Shown here in pieces: positions 1 through 11,098 of a DNA stretch of 33,891 bases. The position numbers were made by a program, and so were the translations under genes. Under the pieces are notes generated by a model. That model searched no databases, was not told where the DNA came from, and was given only the letters and a program-made list of their open reading frames with translations. Origin of the DNA: Paraglomus brasilianum (taxonomy: Eukaryota); NCBI GenBank assembly GCA_910592345.1, contig CAJVPI010000350.1, positions 1 through 33,891 of the forward strand. The letters run 5' to 3'. Within the stretch, counting starts at the first letter, position 1. Each line of letters begins with the position of its first letter.

Positions 1-507
1 AAGGTCACCAAACGTCACTAGCGGATTTACCGAAGTAGAGGTAATCAAGGATCTCGTTGGAAAAAGGCTAAATCCCAGGGTCAATATTCGTTCCACTCTC
101 CCCCGAGTATTGGCTCGACAATATTTTATATAGAGATATCCCTATATGGAACATATTATAATTTTTAGCAAACAACTGTGCCAAAGTTTCAATTCATATT
201 TGCTATATATATTGTATAATGAAGATCTAAGATTATCTATAAAATTATGTCTGAGTCACAGACATGCCACCCAGTAAAGCTAAGGATTTCCAAAATGACA
301 TCAGTCACTCACATCAGCCATTTTAGTTCACATGATCAAATGTTTACATTTAATTCCAAGTCAACCAAGTAATGCTGGCTCTATGTTTATTATTACATAG
401 TCACTCTCAATAAGTCAAACTCATCAGGGCGGAGATTATATCCGACTTATCGAATTTCATAATGTTTGATAAATATAAGCAATAGGTGAATATTAATATA
501 TGCGAAT

Positions 508-2455
508 TCATTTTTTACAAAAAACATCCAACGTCAGCTGCTTTAGAGAAGCATTTTACTTTCTTCCAATTTGATACATTTATAAATGGTTGAATATATT
601 TTGAATGCTATCCAAGCAGCTATATTTGATATTGTTATGGATTCTTCTTCCCTGTCTTCTTCCTCTGGTGCTTTCTGCACTGCAGCAATTATATCACTTT
701 CATCAATCATATCAGCTACTTCTATCCTAGTATCAATGTTAATGTAATCGCTCGCTACAATATCGTCAACGTTCATTTGATGCATGAGTGATCGGACTTC
801 ATTTTCTTCGATTTCTAATTCATTTTCTAATTTACTTTCTCCTTCATGCGTTTCCTCGTCAGGCAAAATCTCTGTCCTTAACTGCCAACCGTACTATAAG
901 AGAGGGCCAGGTACTCCCCTACAACGATGTACTTATCATCTACGCTTGTGCAGTCCAGTGATTGCGTTCAAAATATTTGGTTTGGGAATTTCCATATTGA
1001 GTTCTTGGTGTTCGTCAAATGCTCGAATCCTATCCTCGCATAATAATTTTTTATAATGAGCCAAATGTAAGTACTTTTTACTAAAACATGATAATGAGAA
1101 AGTAATGTCCAATAAATGACCGAGTAACACAAAATTTTAATAGTAAAACATATGAAAAGTCTTTAAATCACGATATGAAAATATATGATTATATATGTAT
1201 AGCACGTATACTCACACTTTGTCGAGCTATTAACTTATAACACTAACTTATAAAATTTTATTGTTATTATTTTCGAAAAGCATAATCAATTAGCTTCAGA
1301 ACCATACAAAAATTATTGCACTTCGCATGGTACACAAGAACAGGCGAGTTTTTTGAAAAGAAAGACTTTTCATATGTTTTACTATTAAAACTTCGTGTTA
1401 CCCGGTCATTTATTGGAGGGGGCTGTATACGTGTATAATTACTTTGAATGAACTTAATATGCCCTAATCAATCGACTGAAGGTGAGAAGTTGTGTTTGGT
1501 GGAAGAAAATGCAACTTAATTCTTCTATTTCACTTTCAGCCAATTGATGTGATGAAGCATTGTCTACTAATAATCAGACGTTTCTTCGCCTTTTCCACAT
1601 TTCTCTGTTAAATTGTTTGATCCATGCTTTAAAAATAGAGCGTTGCATCCATGATGCATTGTTCCAGTAATATTGCGCAGGAAGTGTTCGTTTATCAATA
1701 TGGTAAATACAGCGTGGATTTTTTATTTATAAATAAATAGCGGGGGTAGTTTATGAGTTCCATGTAAGCATTATAGTGGTTCTGTCTTTTGGTTTTTTTA
1801 GTCCACTAATAGGTCCGCTGGCAAGCGATTTATGGGGGTTTAACTTCCAGTAGAGACCAGTCTCGTCTGCATTATACACGTCTTCTAAATCATACTGCGA
1901 AATTACAGATTGGAGCTCAGTTCCGAATCCAGGTAATTCATTAATCGGCGCACTCGCTGCTTTTCCCAATTTATAATATTCTTTAATATTGTTTTGTTTT
2001 TTGAAGTTTGCCATCCAGCCCTTAGTTTAACAATAATACGAAAGAAAATCGATACTTTCTTGCGAGAATTTGAAATCAGGAATATTTAACTTTTGAGCGA
2101 ATTGTATTGCTTTTTGACTCAAAATTGTACCAGTTACTGTATGATTAGCCTCGCTCGCAAGATTTACCCAAATTGCTAATGTTTCTTCCAATTGTGGCCA
2201 TTCTCAACCACGATTACGTTTTTTATTGGCATCCGTTGAGCTTCGGTAACTGCAAGCCCCACTTCTCTTTTTATCTAATAATATCTCCCCCGTTGATTTG
2301 CCAACACCGAATTTTTTACCAACCCCCTCATACGTTTTAGTTGGATTGTTTGCTTTATATTTACATAATTCTCTTCTTCTTCTTTTTTTAATATTGGTAA
2401 GTGCAATTAATTTTCTTTTTTTATTTCCAAGTCTAGACGTTCTTTCCATGTTCAT
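508..2455 (-). pseudogene. pogo/Tigger transposase pseudogene (CENP-B HTH + DDE_1)
   Basis: Minus-strand fragments across stops and frameshifts: HTH ...KFGVGKST..., WPQLEETLAIWV, YNADETGLYWK (D1), LLVDNASSH (D2), FLPPNTTSHLQSID*GILSSFK (D3), AHYKKLL, an acidic tail and C-terminal QLTLDVF. Confidence 0.9.
1108..1425. mobile_element. Small MITE-like element nested in the pogo transposase intron
   Basis: 57-bp inverted repeats at 1108-1164 and 1361-1417 with 3 mismatches. Right end reads ...GGAGGGGGCTG|TA (Tc1/mariner-like CAG terminus plus TA). The outer 8 nt of the left TIR are missing. No coding capacity seen. Confidence 0.8.
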
Positions 2456-2757
2456 TTTACAAATGTAAATAGGTTTCCAAAAAATAATAAATTCAAAGGT
2501 TCGGCAGTCAACGTTTTATAAGTTATATATTTATTCCAAGCAAGCGCGCTGCTCTTCTGAATTAATGATGTAATAACTACGTATTTGGTATACTCGTAGC
2601 GTATTGTGCGTTGTTTATGATAACCATGATAATTTTTTTCTAAAAAAGCAGCAATATCAATATTGTCTACGATAAAATTATTCTTAGAAAAATCATTGGA
2701 TAATTAATTGTATTGTATTCAAAAAACGGTAAAGATTATTGCCCAATAATCACGTGG

Positions 2758-2903
2758 TCCGACTTATCGAGAGTCATTTGTTATAACCTTTGTCCGACTT
2801 GCAATTTTATATGTGTCCGAATTATCGAATTTTTTTAAATATTGAAAAAAAGATTTGTCCGAGTTAAGCCAAATCCGACTTCGAGAGTGTCCGACTTATC
2901 GAG
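2758..2903. repeat. Subterminal array of the TCCGACTTATCGA motif (putative transposase-binding sites)
   Basis: Exact or degenerate copies at about 2758, 2793, 2816, 2858, 2874 and 2890, plus one at 441 near the other end. The motif is the inner core of the TIR. Confidence 0.8.
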
Positions 2904-3236
2904 AGTGACTATGTATTGAAAAAAACCAACAACTTATTTGTAATAGCTTACAGGCCTAGAAATGAATTTTTTGCACGTTCCAATAAAGTCTCCGCCACCA
3001 ATATATACTCGAGTCATCTTCAGCTGTGTTCTCATTAGTTTCATCGATAGGTTCAATTTCAACTGACTCCTTCGTCATACTCATTATCACCGCGTCGACG
3101 TTCTGTTCAATCTCTTCCTGAAGATATTCCAAAACATATAACACATTTAGTTTGACAAAATTGATAAGAATGGAGTTTTTTATATGTCGATCACTTCGTT
3201 TTTCCATTAATTGATCGTTATAACTCAGTTGGGGAC

Positions 3237-3588
3237 TCTGGACTGGGACAACCGAGTTCTGGACCGAGTGTCTGGGTTCTGGACTGGACAAATGAGTTCT
3301 GGACTGAGTGACTGGGTTCCGAACTGAGACAGGTCCCAAACTCAAACAAAACATCGTTAATATTGCTGCCATATGCGTTGCCTAGGAAGTGCTTGTATGT
3401 ATGTTGTGATAGTCGTCAGTGTTTAATATGAAAGCTTTTCGTTCATAGTGCTGAAGAGCATCCTCGACGTATTCTGTATGTGCATCATCATTCTTCCTGT
3501 TGTGTCCGAGTTTGGGACCTGTGAGCCCAGTCACTCAGTCCAGAACTCATTTGTCTCACAGTTCAGAACTCGGCTGTCCCAGTCCAGA
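3237..3588. repeat. Long imperfect inverted repeat built from GAGTTCTGGACTG-like units; probable TIR-transposon termini
   Basis: Arm 3237-3353 is the reverse complement of arm 3498-3588, apart from indels. It includes a perfect 30-bp match (GACAAATGAGTTCTGGACTGAGTGACTGGG). Spacer about 145 bp. Confidence 0.8.
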
Positions 3589-4810
3589 ACTGAAACAGGG
3601 AGGTACAACAATTCAGTCTTTGGCGCTTGCATTGAGATAGAGCGAGTTTTAAGTAGACGTCGCTAAGGATAGGACCTAAACATTAATTATGTACGTTCCC
3701 TCGGACGTTGGATCAAGGAACAAATTCATGTCTTTCATTAATTTTACTCTACATATGATAATAAAATTAGTCTTATAGCCTCATTACACACTTCTCAACG
3801 ATCAAATAATATTAATATTGTCGTGCCAACTATCACGGGAGAGCGATTGATAATCAACATTTGGAATTTAGCTATTTTCGAGCGGAGCATGGCCTCTCCT
3901 ATCAATAGTTAAACTACTTGTACACTTTATTGACCTTCGAACTTCTTCCCCAGCCGCCAAGTGTTCACGGGAGTGCAGTTTTTGCCCGAGGCCGGTAGTA
4001 GCTTCCTTGTGGCGTTAGTCTACTTTCAACACACAAGCATAATAATGACGTCAGTGGTCCGCCCTTTTTGTATGATTTCTAGTTTTTATGTGGTTTATAA
4101 ATATATATCGATATCGTTTTGTGATAACACATCCTGCACCAATCCATCCTTTGATCCTGAATGGCATTATCCAGATTGTGCTATTCAGAATCTGACTTTA
4201 TCCAAGAGGGTCGCTATAAGTTGCCCCCTTGTTTGATTTTCTCAAATACTTTGCTGACATACAGTTATCAAAAATTGAAAATTTCCCCTGTTACATACAT
4301 TATGCAATTCTTGTTCTGCAGCCAACATTCCATTAATGGAAAGTATTGGTTGCATGTCCTGTCTTCCATTCTCATACTACCTCAGCTTGTACATCATCTT
4401 TTGTCATCCATATCAGTAGTTATTACAACTTCTCACGCCATGCCCACATGTTAAGCGCAGTTCACAACACTTGTCTTTGTTCCGAGATCGGATGGAAACT
4501 GTAGGTAGGGTGCTAGTCTTTTGTTTGTTATTCGTTAACTTCGAATTGGCCCGCGCGCTTTCTCATTTTTTCCCGCCGGAAGGTAGAATAAGCGCCTAAT
4601 ACATCATGCGACAACTCTTTATTTAACTGATTTATCTTATTGGATCACATACACCATATATTATTTGTGGCTGGGATACTTTTGTTGAATTCAGAAGTAT
4701 ATACCTGAACTGAGATGAGGCTTTTTGATAATGATTCTTGTGAGGTTGGTTTATTGTTATCCCTATGCTAGAGATGCAGGAAAATGTCTTATATTTGTGT
4801 TATTGACTGA

Positions 4811-4841
4811 CACGCACGCACGCACGGACACACACACACAC
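4811..4841. repeat. Compound microsatellite (CACG)4-(AC)7
   Basis: Directly visible upstream of the GPCR-like gene. Confidence 0.85.
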
Positions 4842-5183
4842 CCCCCTTCCCCCATCTTGTCCTTGAAATTATAGTGATAAGAACTTTGTGAATAGTTTGT
4901 ATGATATTATTCTGAATGCATGTTTACTATACTCTAGAAACGTTCGATGTGCGCGCTCTCCATTCATTCCCCAAGTCAATTCAACCATAATAGATTTCAA
5001 CCATCAATAAATTTGTCAAATATAAACATCCTTTCTCATAATACATTATTCAATCATTAGACTCTTTTACCCATCTCTCATTTACATTTAAATTTACAAC
5101 CACCTTATATTTCCGATCTAACATTTCCTGATTCCACTATTGTAAAATTCTATCTCCCAAACCCGACCACCACTTTCTCTAAA

Positions 5184-6716
5184 ATGTCCTCAACAATATC
5201 AACTTTCCTTACTTTCCAATCTATAAATTTTTTGATACTGATCTATCTAATAATTCAATTCCTCTACAAAGGCAAACATAACACACTTGCCTGTCTTTGC
5301 ATAGCGACAGCGATAGAATGTATTGCTAGTGTGCCCATGGCAATCACTTATGGCGACAATTTAATGGCAATTGAACCAGCAAACTCGCCGGGGTGCATTG
5401 CTCAAGCATACACGTTACAGCTTGTCCATCTGAGTGCAGGAATGTGGGCAGTGTGTTTGATGACAATGTTGTGGTTGCTTATTGTGAAAGGAGCTAGCGA
5501 TGTGCAGTTAAAATTGTTCAAGGTGATAAAAGTCGTTGATGAATTATTTGACAGATCTGGACGCATGCTAATTTAATCATCTGATTGATATCACAGATTT
5601 ACATAATTTTTGCATGTTGCATTCCATCATTATTGACGCTCGTGGCGTTTGCTGTTCACTATAGACAATATGCCTACAATGTGTCGTCCCATACCTATCA
5701 TTGTTATGTCAGATACGGATTGGTTACACTCTTGACCCGGTACATTCCATACTTGCTGTGCATGGTTATAGGAATATGCTTTGGTGGTAAGGCCTTCATT
5801 TTAGCATTGGTCTTGATAGCTATTCGTAAAAATCCAGTTCCAACTTCACATACACATGTCTTTTATCAAATAGTCCATGCAGCTTGGAATCTGATTACTT
5901 ATCGACAAAAGTTTGAACGGGAAAATTCCTTCAAAAGCATGGCAATTCCAGTCGGTCTTTGTATCCGAGTGATAATGTTTTGTGTGCTTCTCTTTCTCAT
6001 GACATCAAGTAAAGTCGTAATCTCAATCACTTTTCTCTTTTCGTTAATGCATGAACCAAATAATTTATATACTTTATATACTAATGAACTCAATGACTCT
6101 TTTTCAAATAGTACAACCAATTGTAAAGTTCAGCTACCGTCTAACTCCCCTCTATCGTCCACCCTCTAAGATCGAACAAGGCATCTCTGCTTACACGTCC
6201 ACGGTCGTCACGTTTGGACTGTTTATTATATTTGGAACAACGCGAGAAGCATTGCGGATGCGGTTGGGAAGTTGTAATATCTGCAATTTTTTTCGTAATG
6301 GACGAGATAACTTTCGAAAGAAAATATCCAGAGATACCATGTCCAAAGATAGCGTATGCACGTCAACTATCGTTTCAACCCCCCCACCTCTCACCATTCT
6401 TTTGGATTCTCCTCCAGCACATCCTCTACCAATACATTCTTCTCCACGTAAATCATACCACCAACCACGTAGTCAACATCGCCGTCTATTACAATTCTCC
6501 AATTCACTACAAACACTTCAATTACATCAAAACCTCCCTCCACCTCAATTCCCACCACCATCGGATCCTCTTCCTCATATTCCATCACCTCCTACCCGCA
6601 TTGCCTTTTCTTTCTCTCTTGCATACAAGTTTCCATATGCACGTTCCTGTATGCAACTCGCACGTCCTGATTCACCGCCATCAAGCGATGAAGAGTTATC
6701 TATGCATCTCATTTGA
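5184..6716 (+). CDS. 7-transmembrane GPCR-like receptor (cAMP-receptor/Git3-like appearance), about 422 aa; exons 5184-5522, 5597-5786, 5874-6008, 6112-6716
   Basis: Three GT-AG introns (74, 87, 103 bp) with compatible phases join three ORFs into 1269 nt. About seven hydrophobic segments. Cys at the top of TM3 (GCIAQAY) and in ECL2 (YHCYV). TM7 ends FIIFGTT, followed by a Pro/Ser-rich tail. Confidence 0.8.
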
Positions 6717-7158
6717 GATGAAAATTCAAATTTGAACGGCCTTTGTCGGAGAAGCTAATGTGCGAGCGCGAGGAAGCAGAAGAGAAAGAAGAAAGGATGC
6801 ATAATGATTTTGGATGAGGAGTGCGCGTGATTATTGACGGGCGAATATTATCCTGGGTGATAACAATGAATAATAGAAGCAATAGTAGTAATGATGATAA
6901 GAGTGATGGTGGTGGTTTACTGATGTTAGTAAGGAAGCCGACCGTTAATATCGAATGGAATGCATTACTCGGATGACGAGTGGAGAAGAATAGCAATATA
7001 ACACATATCTATACATTGTTATACATATTGGCCAAAAGTATTGGTCACATGGTGATCATCATTGAAAATTTTACTTAGAATTCTAATTATGTGACAACAG
7101 TATTAACAACACATAACAAACTTTATACCAATAAACTCGTCTAGCTTTGAATTTTAGA

Positions 7159-7257
7159 TCAATATTCTGTGGAATTCCCTTTATTTTTAATCACAGCACT
7201 GACTCTACGTGGCATGCTATTTACCAATTTCTCTAAGTCGCTGGCGGGAATTTTTAA
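7159..7257 (-). pseudogene. Tc1 transposase C-terminal fragment
   Basis: Translates LKIPASDLEKLVNSMPRRVSAVIKNKGNSTEY*, matching the typical Tc1 ending (LV.SMP.R..AVI...G..T.Y). Confidence 0.9.
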
Positions 7258-9071
7258 TATGGGGCATGCTGCAACAAAACCAGACAAAGTACAATTTATT
7301 ATGTGACATAAATGAGAGGCTGAAGATGATGTGGCTGTAAAATTGACCAGTGTGACTGATGTGCAAAATAATGGTGCTCATTCATAACTTATGGACTTGT
7401 TAATTTTAATTTTCACTTTATCATACCAGAATGTGATGAAAATAAACCATAACGTGATTAATATAGGAGTATCTCTATATAAAAATATAAATATGAAACT
7501 AATTTACATTAAATCTGCCATGGAACCAAAGAATTATAGCACTATTAGAAGTATTTTGAAGAAAGCTCAGGGAGAAAAAATTGCTCCATATGTTTTTAAA
7601 ATCAATGATACCCAAACTCTCCAGGAATATCTAGATCAAGAAAAATCACTTATGAAATTTATCAAGAACGAAAAATAAAAACCATTAAACGAACCGTATG
7701 ATGAACCAAGAAAGAAACGAAAGATCAAAGCATAAGAAAATAGTTACTCTTTTATTTTTTTAATAATCGGTACTGATTTTTATAACTGTTTGATAATAAG
7801 TACGAGAATTTTGGTTCGCGCTACAAATCTGATACAATTCATGACCAGCAAATCAAAAAAATTTTTCTTTGATAAGTGTGATGAATTGAAATTCTCCTGG
7901 CTGAAGGGATTGTAAGAGTTCGGGAGAGCAAGGAAGAATTACTCGTTTCACCTCAGCATACGATTGAGTGTGCTGCACCGTTACTGCGCTCTATTATGAT
8001 TTCAGGCCTGAAATTGTGGCACCTGGATCCTCATAAACTTTGTCCTCGATGGCTTATGTATTGAAATGAGCAGTTTTAGTATTGATTACAAGAAGCAAAT
8101 TGAATAAAAAAAAAACTACTTTTGACCAAATGAACAATATTATTCCGTTATAAGTTCCTTCCTCCAAATCAATATATTCACGGACTGTAGTCATGGATTC
8201 TTCTAATGGTAGTTCGCTATTTCAATATGTTTCAAATGTGGATTATTTGAAGGGTGATAATGATAAAGAGCAAGCGTATAATAGAAGAAACAATATAGCA
8301 AAATGCTTTTACGGTCTTAATAGAAATAAATTGAAAGCTTAGATCCTTATTGTAGATGTTGATGGATGATTCTGATTAGTTAATTCCTATAACGAACTTC
8401 GTTATGAATGGATTTTATTATGCATGATCTATTGAATTCTTCGTTCATCGTTATATAGCATTTACATATAAATCTTCGTTAATCTGAAATATATTTTGTT
8501 AAGAGCGAACTGGTTCCAGAACAATACTTCGTTATAAGCCATCTTTGTTAAAGTGAGAGTTCCTATATTAGTTGGGCCATTAAAAATATATCTTGTTCAG
8601 ATCTAGAGAGAGCTTGAAACGCTTCACGTAATTCGGCAAACACTCTCGGAATTATTTTTGAGCAACCACAATCGCAACCTATCTCCAAAAAATGTATTGC
8701 CTTTTTCATATTCAGGTAATCCCATATATATATTTTATTGCTTTATTTACAATGTATGTACTTCTAAGAGCTAACTTATGACAGATCTATCCCTTCAACA
8801 TGTGAATTCTTGCGTTCGTGCGTTAGTTGCTTAATAAAGATATTTATGCCAGCAAATACAGACCTTCTAAACAATTTTTCTTTTAAGTATATGTCAATTA
8901 GTCCCCCCACCTCAGCAATTCACAGAGAATGATTATAACTACAGCCATGTAGATAAATGAATGTAAACTATAATGCAACGAGTACATATAGCTAGACCAT
9001 TTTGCATTGCCCTGCTATTATTATTCGCATTGTTGATATATATATATATATATCATGCTACTCACGTTCTT

Positions 9072-9545
9072 CTATGATGTGAACATCACTTTCCAATCGA
9101 CGCCTTTGATGCGAACCAATTCCTCTCCGTCTTGATATATCAATCTTGCATTCCTTTGCATTACATCATAGACAACAATCACTGTCACGTTCTCATAGCC
9201 GGGTCCGAAATACATCACAAGTTTCCCGCTTCCACTAAAATAAACCATCATCATGGAACTCTACCATAATTATAGGTTCGCTCGCAATGCCTATTGAAAA
9301 CATCTTTGTTCGCCTTCGACAAGAAGTTCATAACCATAAGCCGATAAACCACTATCGCGAACAAGGACATCCAGTCGCTTACGCCGGAAGCCATCTTCAT
9401 CATATTCTTTAGCCTCGGGGAGAACATGATACATCAATGTTGGATAAGCCTTGGAAAGTAGTTGTTTAAAAATGGCAGCAATTTCAACTTGGAACGCGTA
9501 TTCTGATGGCTGGCCATTAGCATTGAGCGTCTGTTTAGCGAAAAT
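9072..9545 (-). pseudogene. 5'-truncated, frameshifted PD-(D/E)xK (restriction-endonuclease-fold) gene fragment resembling Crinkler-type C-terminal nuclease domains
   Basis: Hand translation gives QPSEYAFQVEIAAIFKQLL...HVLPEAKE...RKRLDVLVRD...YGYELLVE, then after a frameshift NKDVFNRHCERTYNYG, continuing into ORF 9072-9254. The E...D...ELL...H..R...Y pattern is typical of this nuclease group. Confidence 0.6.
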
Positions 9546-9594
9546 ATGCCGGATCCAAGGTTTTACACAATAAAACTATTTGTCAAAATAACTA

Positions 9595-10093
9595 ATAACA
9601 ACCCCAAATCAAATGCCATTGTTACCACTTTTCACAGTAGGAAACATGTATACTGTTCGTGAGGTTTACGCCATACACGATGTCTGCTTATGCCATCATT
9701 TTCATACAAAGAATAACGTTATTCCATCCTTCACTCCGCTGTCTTCGTTCCTTACCCACTTTAGCCGCTTTTCCCTATTCTTTTCTGAAACCAGCGGTTT
9801 TCTTCTACCAATGCGGCCTAGAATATGTCTCGCAGTCTTTGTACTAATTTTTGAGTCAGCCCGCCATTGAATTTTTCTGTTATTTCCTCTGCGGCACCCG
9901 ATTGGTAACCGTAGTACGAACAATGGCCTTCAAAAGAGGTGGTCTGCCAGAGCATTAGATCTCTTTCAAACTTTATTACATTAATACAAGTCGTTCTAAG
10001 TATTTTTTCGATGTCTGTGGCAGAGTGATTTCCCTTGTGAAGACCAACAACCATGCCACGCTCAAAATCACTTAACTCTCGAGTCTTTGTCAT
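9595..10093 (-). pseudogene. Tc1 transposase N-terminal half (paired HTH to WGC motif)
   Basis: MTKTRELSDFERGMVVGLH (Tc1/Tc3 N-terminal HTH), RRKPLVSEKNREKRLKW and IWGC, spread over several frameshifts. Confidence 0.9.
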
Positions 10094-10380
10094 TTTAAAA
10101 TTTGTTAGCTTTCAAACAAAAAAAAAAAAGGGTTATCCGATCACCGTTATGTGTCCAATACTTTTGGCCAGTATGTATGTGTATCTACGAATAGAAACAC
10201 TTAATATGGTTATTTCAAAGGCAACCCCTTTTTAATCTATATGTTACTATTAGCTGTGTGTGAGCACTACAGCAATAGTTGCACATCACAGAATTTTTTT
10301 TAGATGCTCAGCCCAAAACATTTTCATATGAGCGGGGTAACCATTTGACGAAAGGTGCAGTCAGACTCGACAAGTCGGAG

Positions 10381-10444
10381 TCGGCCCTCGATAAGTCGGC
10401 CCTCGATAAGTCGGCCCTCGATAAGTCGGCCCTCGATAAGTCGG
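10381..10444. repeat. Perfect tandem repeat (TCGGCCCTCGATAAG)x4 containing the TIR core
   Basis: Four identical 15-mers plus TCGG, directly visible. Each junction recreates CTCGATAAGTCGG. Confidence 0.95.
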
Positions 10445-10613
10445 TTAATTTTGGCTTAAGTCGGCCAAAATTTTTCTGATCTTTTTTTCACTATTTAAAA
10501 ATTCCGGCAGTCGGTTTCACGTGACAATTTGTAAGACGTATACTAATACAGTTTTTTCGATTTAATTGGTGGACCACACCCGTACGAATTGTCCAATAGA
10601 CACTATAATAATA

Positions 10614-10893
10614 ATCATACGATAAATATGTCATGCCATTAGAATCATACAAACCAAAGAGCTAAACATCATACGATTAAAGTCATACGATTAAAGTCAT
10701 ACGATTAAAGTCATACGATTAAAGTAATACGATTAAAGTAATAAACATATCCTTAGAATCATACGATAGACCTGAACTAGACATGTCATTAGATCATACG
10801 ATTAAATCAGTAAACATATCGTTAGGATCATACGATAGACATGCATTAGAATGATACGATTAAAGCACTAGATATAGACGTGTCATTAGATCA
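10614..10893. repeat. Minisatellite: 5 tandem copies of TCATACGATTAAAG (10669-10738) within a mosaic of degenerate ATCATACGAT units
   Basis: Directly visible. Further copies at about 10614, 10758, 10793, 10827 and 10851, with recurring TAGACRTGTCATTAGATCA and AAACATATC blocks. Confidence 0.9.
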
Positions 10894-10923
10894 GAACAAG
10901 ACAAACGTCCATTAGTTTTTCAA

Positions 10924-11098
10924 ATAGCTTTAGAAAGCATCCAAAATTTACTGAACTATTTACAGCAATCAAATAATGTGAGTGTAAGCAGTTCTGTGTT
11001 GTTCAGGAATGAAAGATGTACAACGTCAGATAAGAAGAAAACAAGTCGATTCTCTAAGACAAGCTAGTCTACAATAACAAGATTATTTTGCGATGTAA
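10924..11098 (+). pseudogene. pogo transposase C-terminal remnant
   Basis: IALESIQNLLNYLQQ...GMKDVQRQIRRKQVDSLRQASLQ*QDYF. Parallels LDSIQNIFNHL...QLTLDVF at the end of the 508-2455 transposase. Confidence 0.7.

Larger units (their letters stand above)
396..2913 (-). mobile_element. Full-length but degenerate pogo/Tigger (Tc1/mariner superfamily) DNA transposon
   Basis: TIRs CATAGTCACTCTCAATAAGTCAA (396-418) and the reverse complement of 2891-2913 (CATAGTCACTCTCGATAAGTCGG). Flanked by TA at 394-395 and 2914-2915. Encloses a fragmented CENP-B/DDE_1 transposase on the minus strand. Confidence 0.92.
7024..10175 (-). mobile_element. Tc1-family DNA transposon with internal deletion and about 2.3 kb of unrelated internal DNA
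   Basis: 27-bp TIRs CATATTGGCCAAAAGTATTGGTCACAT (7024-7050) and the reverse complement of 10149-10175 (CATACTGGCCAAAAGTATTGGACACAT). TA on both sides (7022-23, 10176-77). Transposase N- and C-terminal pieces lie just inside each TIR in the same orientation. Confidence 0.9.

Noticed and set aside
2956..3666. ORFs 2956-3372 (-) and 3448-3666 (+) sharing HSVQNS peptides
   Set aside because: The similarity comes from the inverted repeat arms and no domain is recognisable.
7391..7678. 95-aa ORF within the Tc1 cargo
   Set aside because: Very AT-rich with no recognisable domain; not enough support to call a gene.
10279..10479. ORF with (SALDK)n repeats
   Set aside because: By-product of the 15-bp tandem repeat at the pogo-derivative end; non-ATG start and it crosses the element boundary.
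10614..10893. Possible CRISPR-like repeat-spacer array
   Set aside because: Units are 10-14 bp and mostly adjacent, the intervening pieces are themselves repeated, no cas genes are present and the context is eukaryotic.
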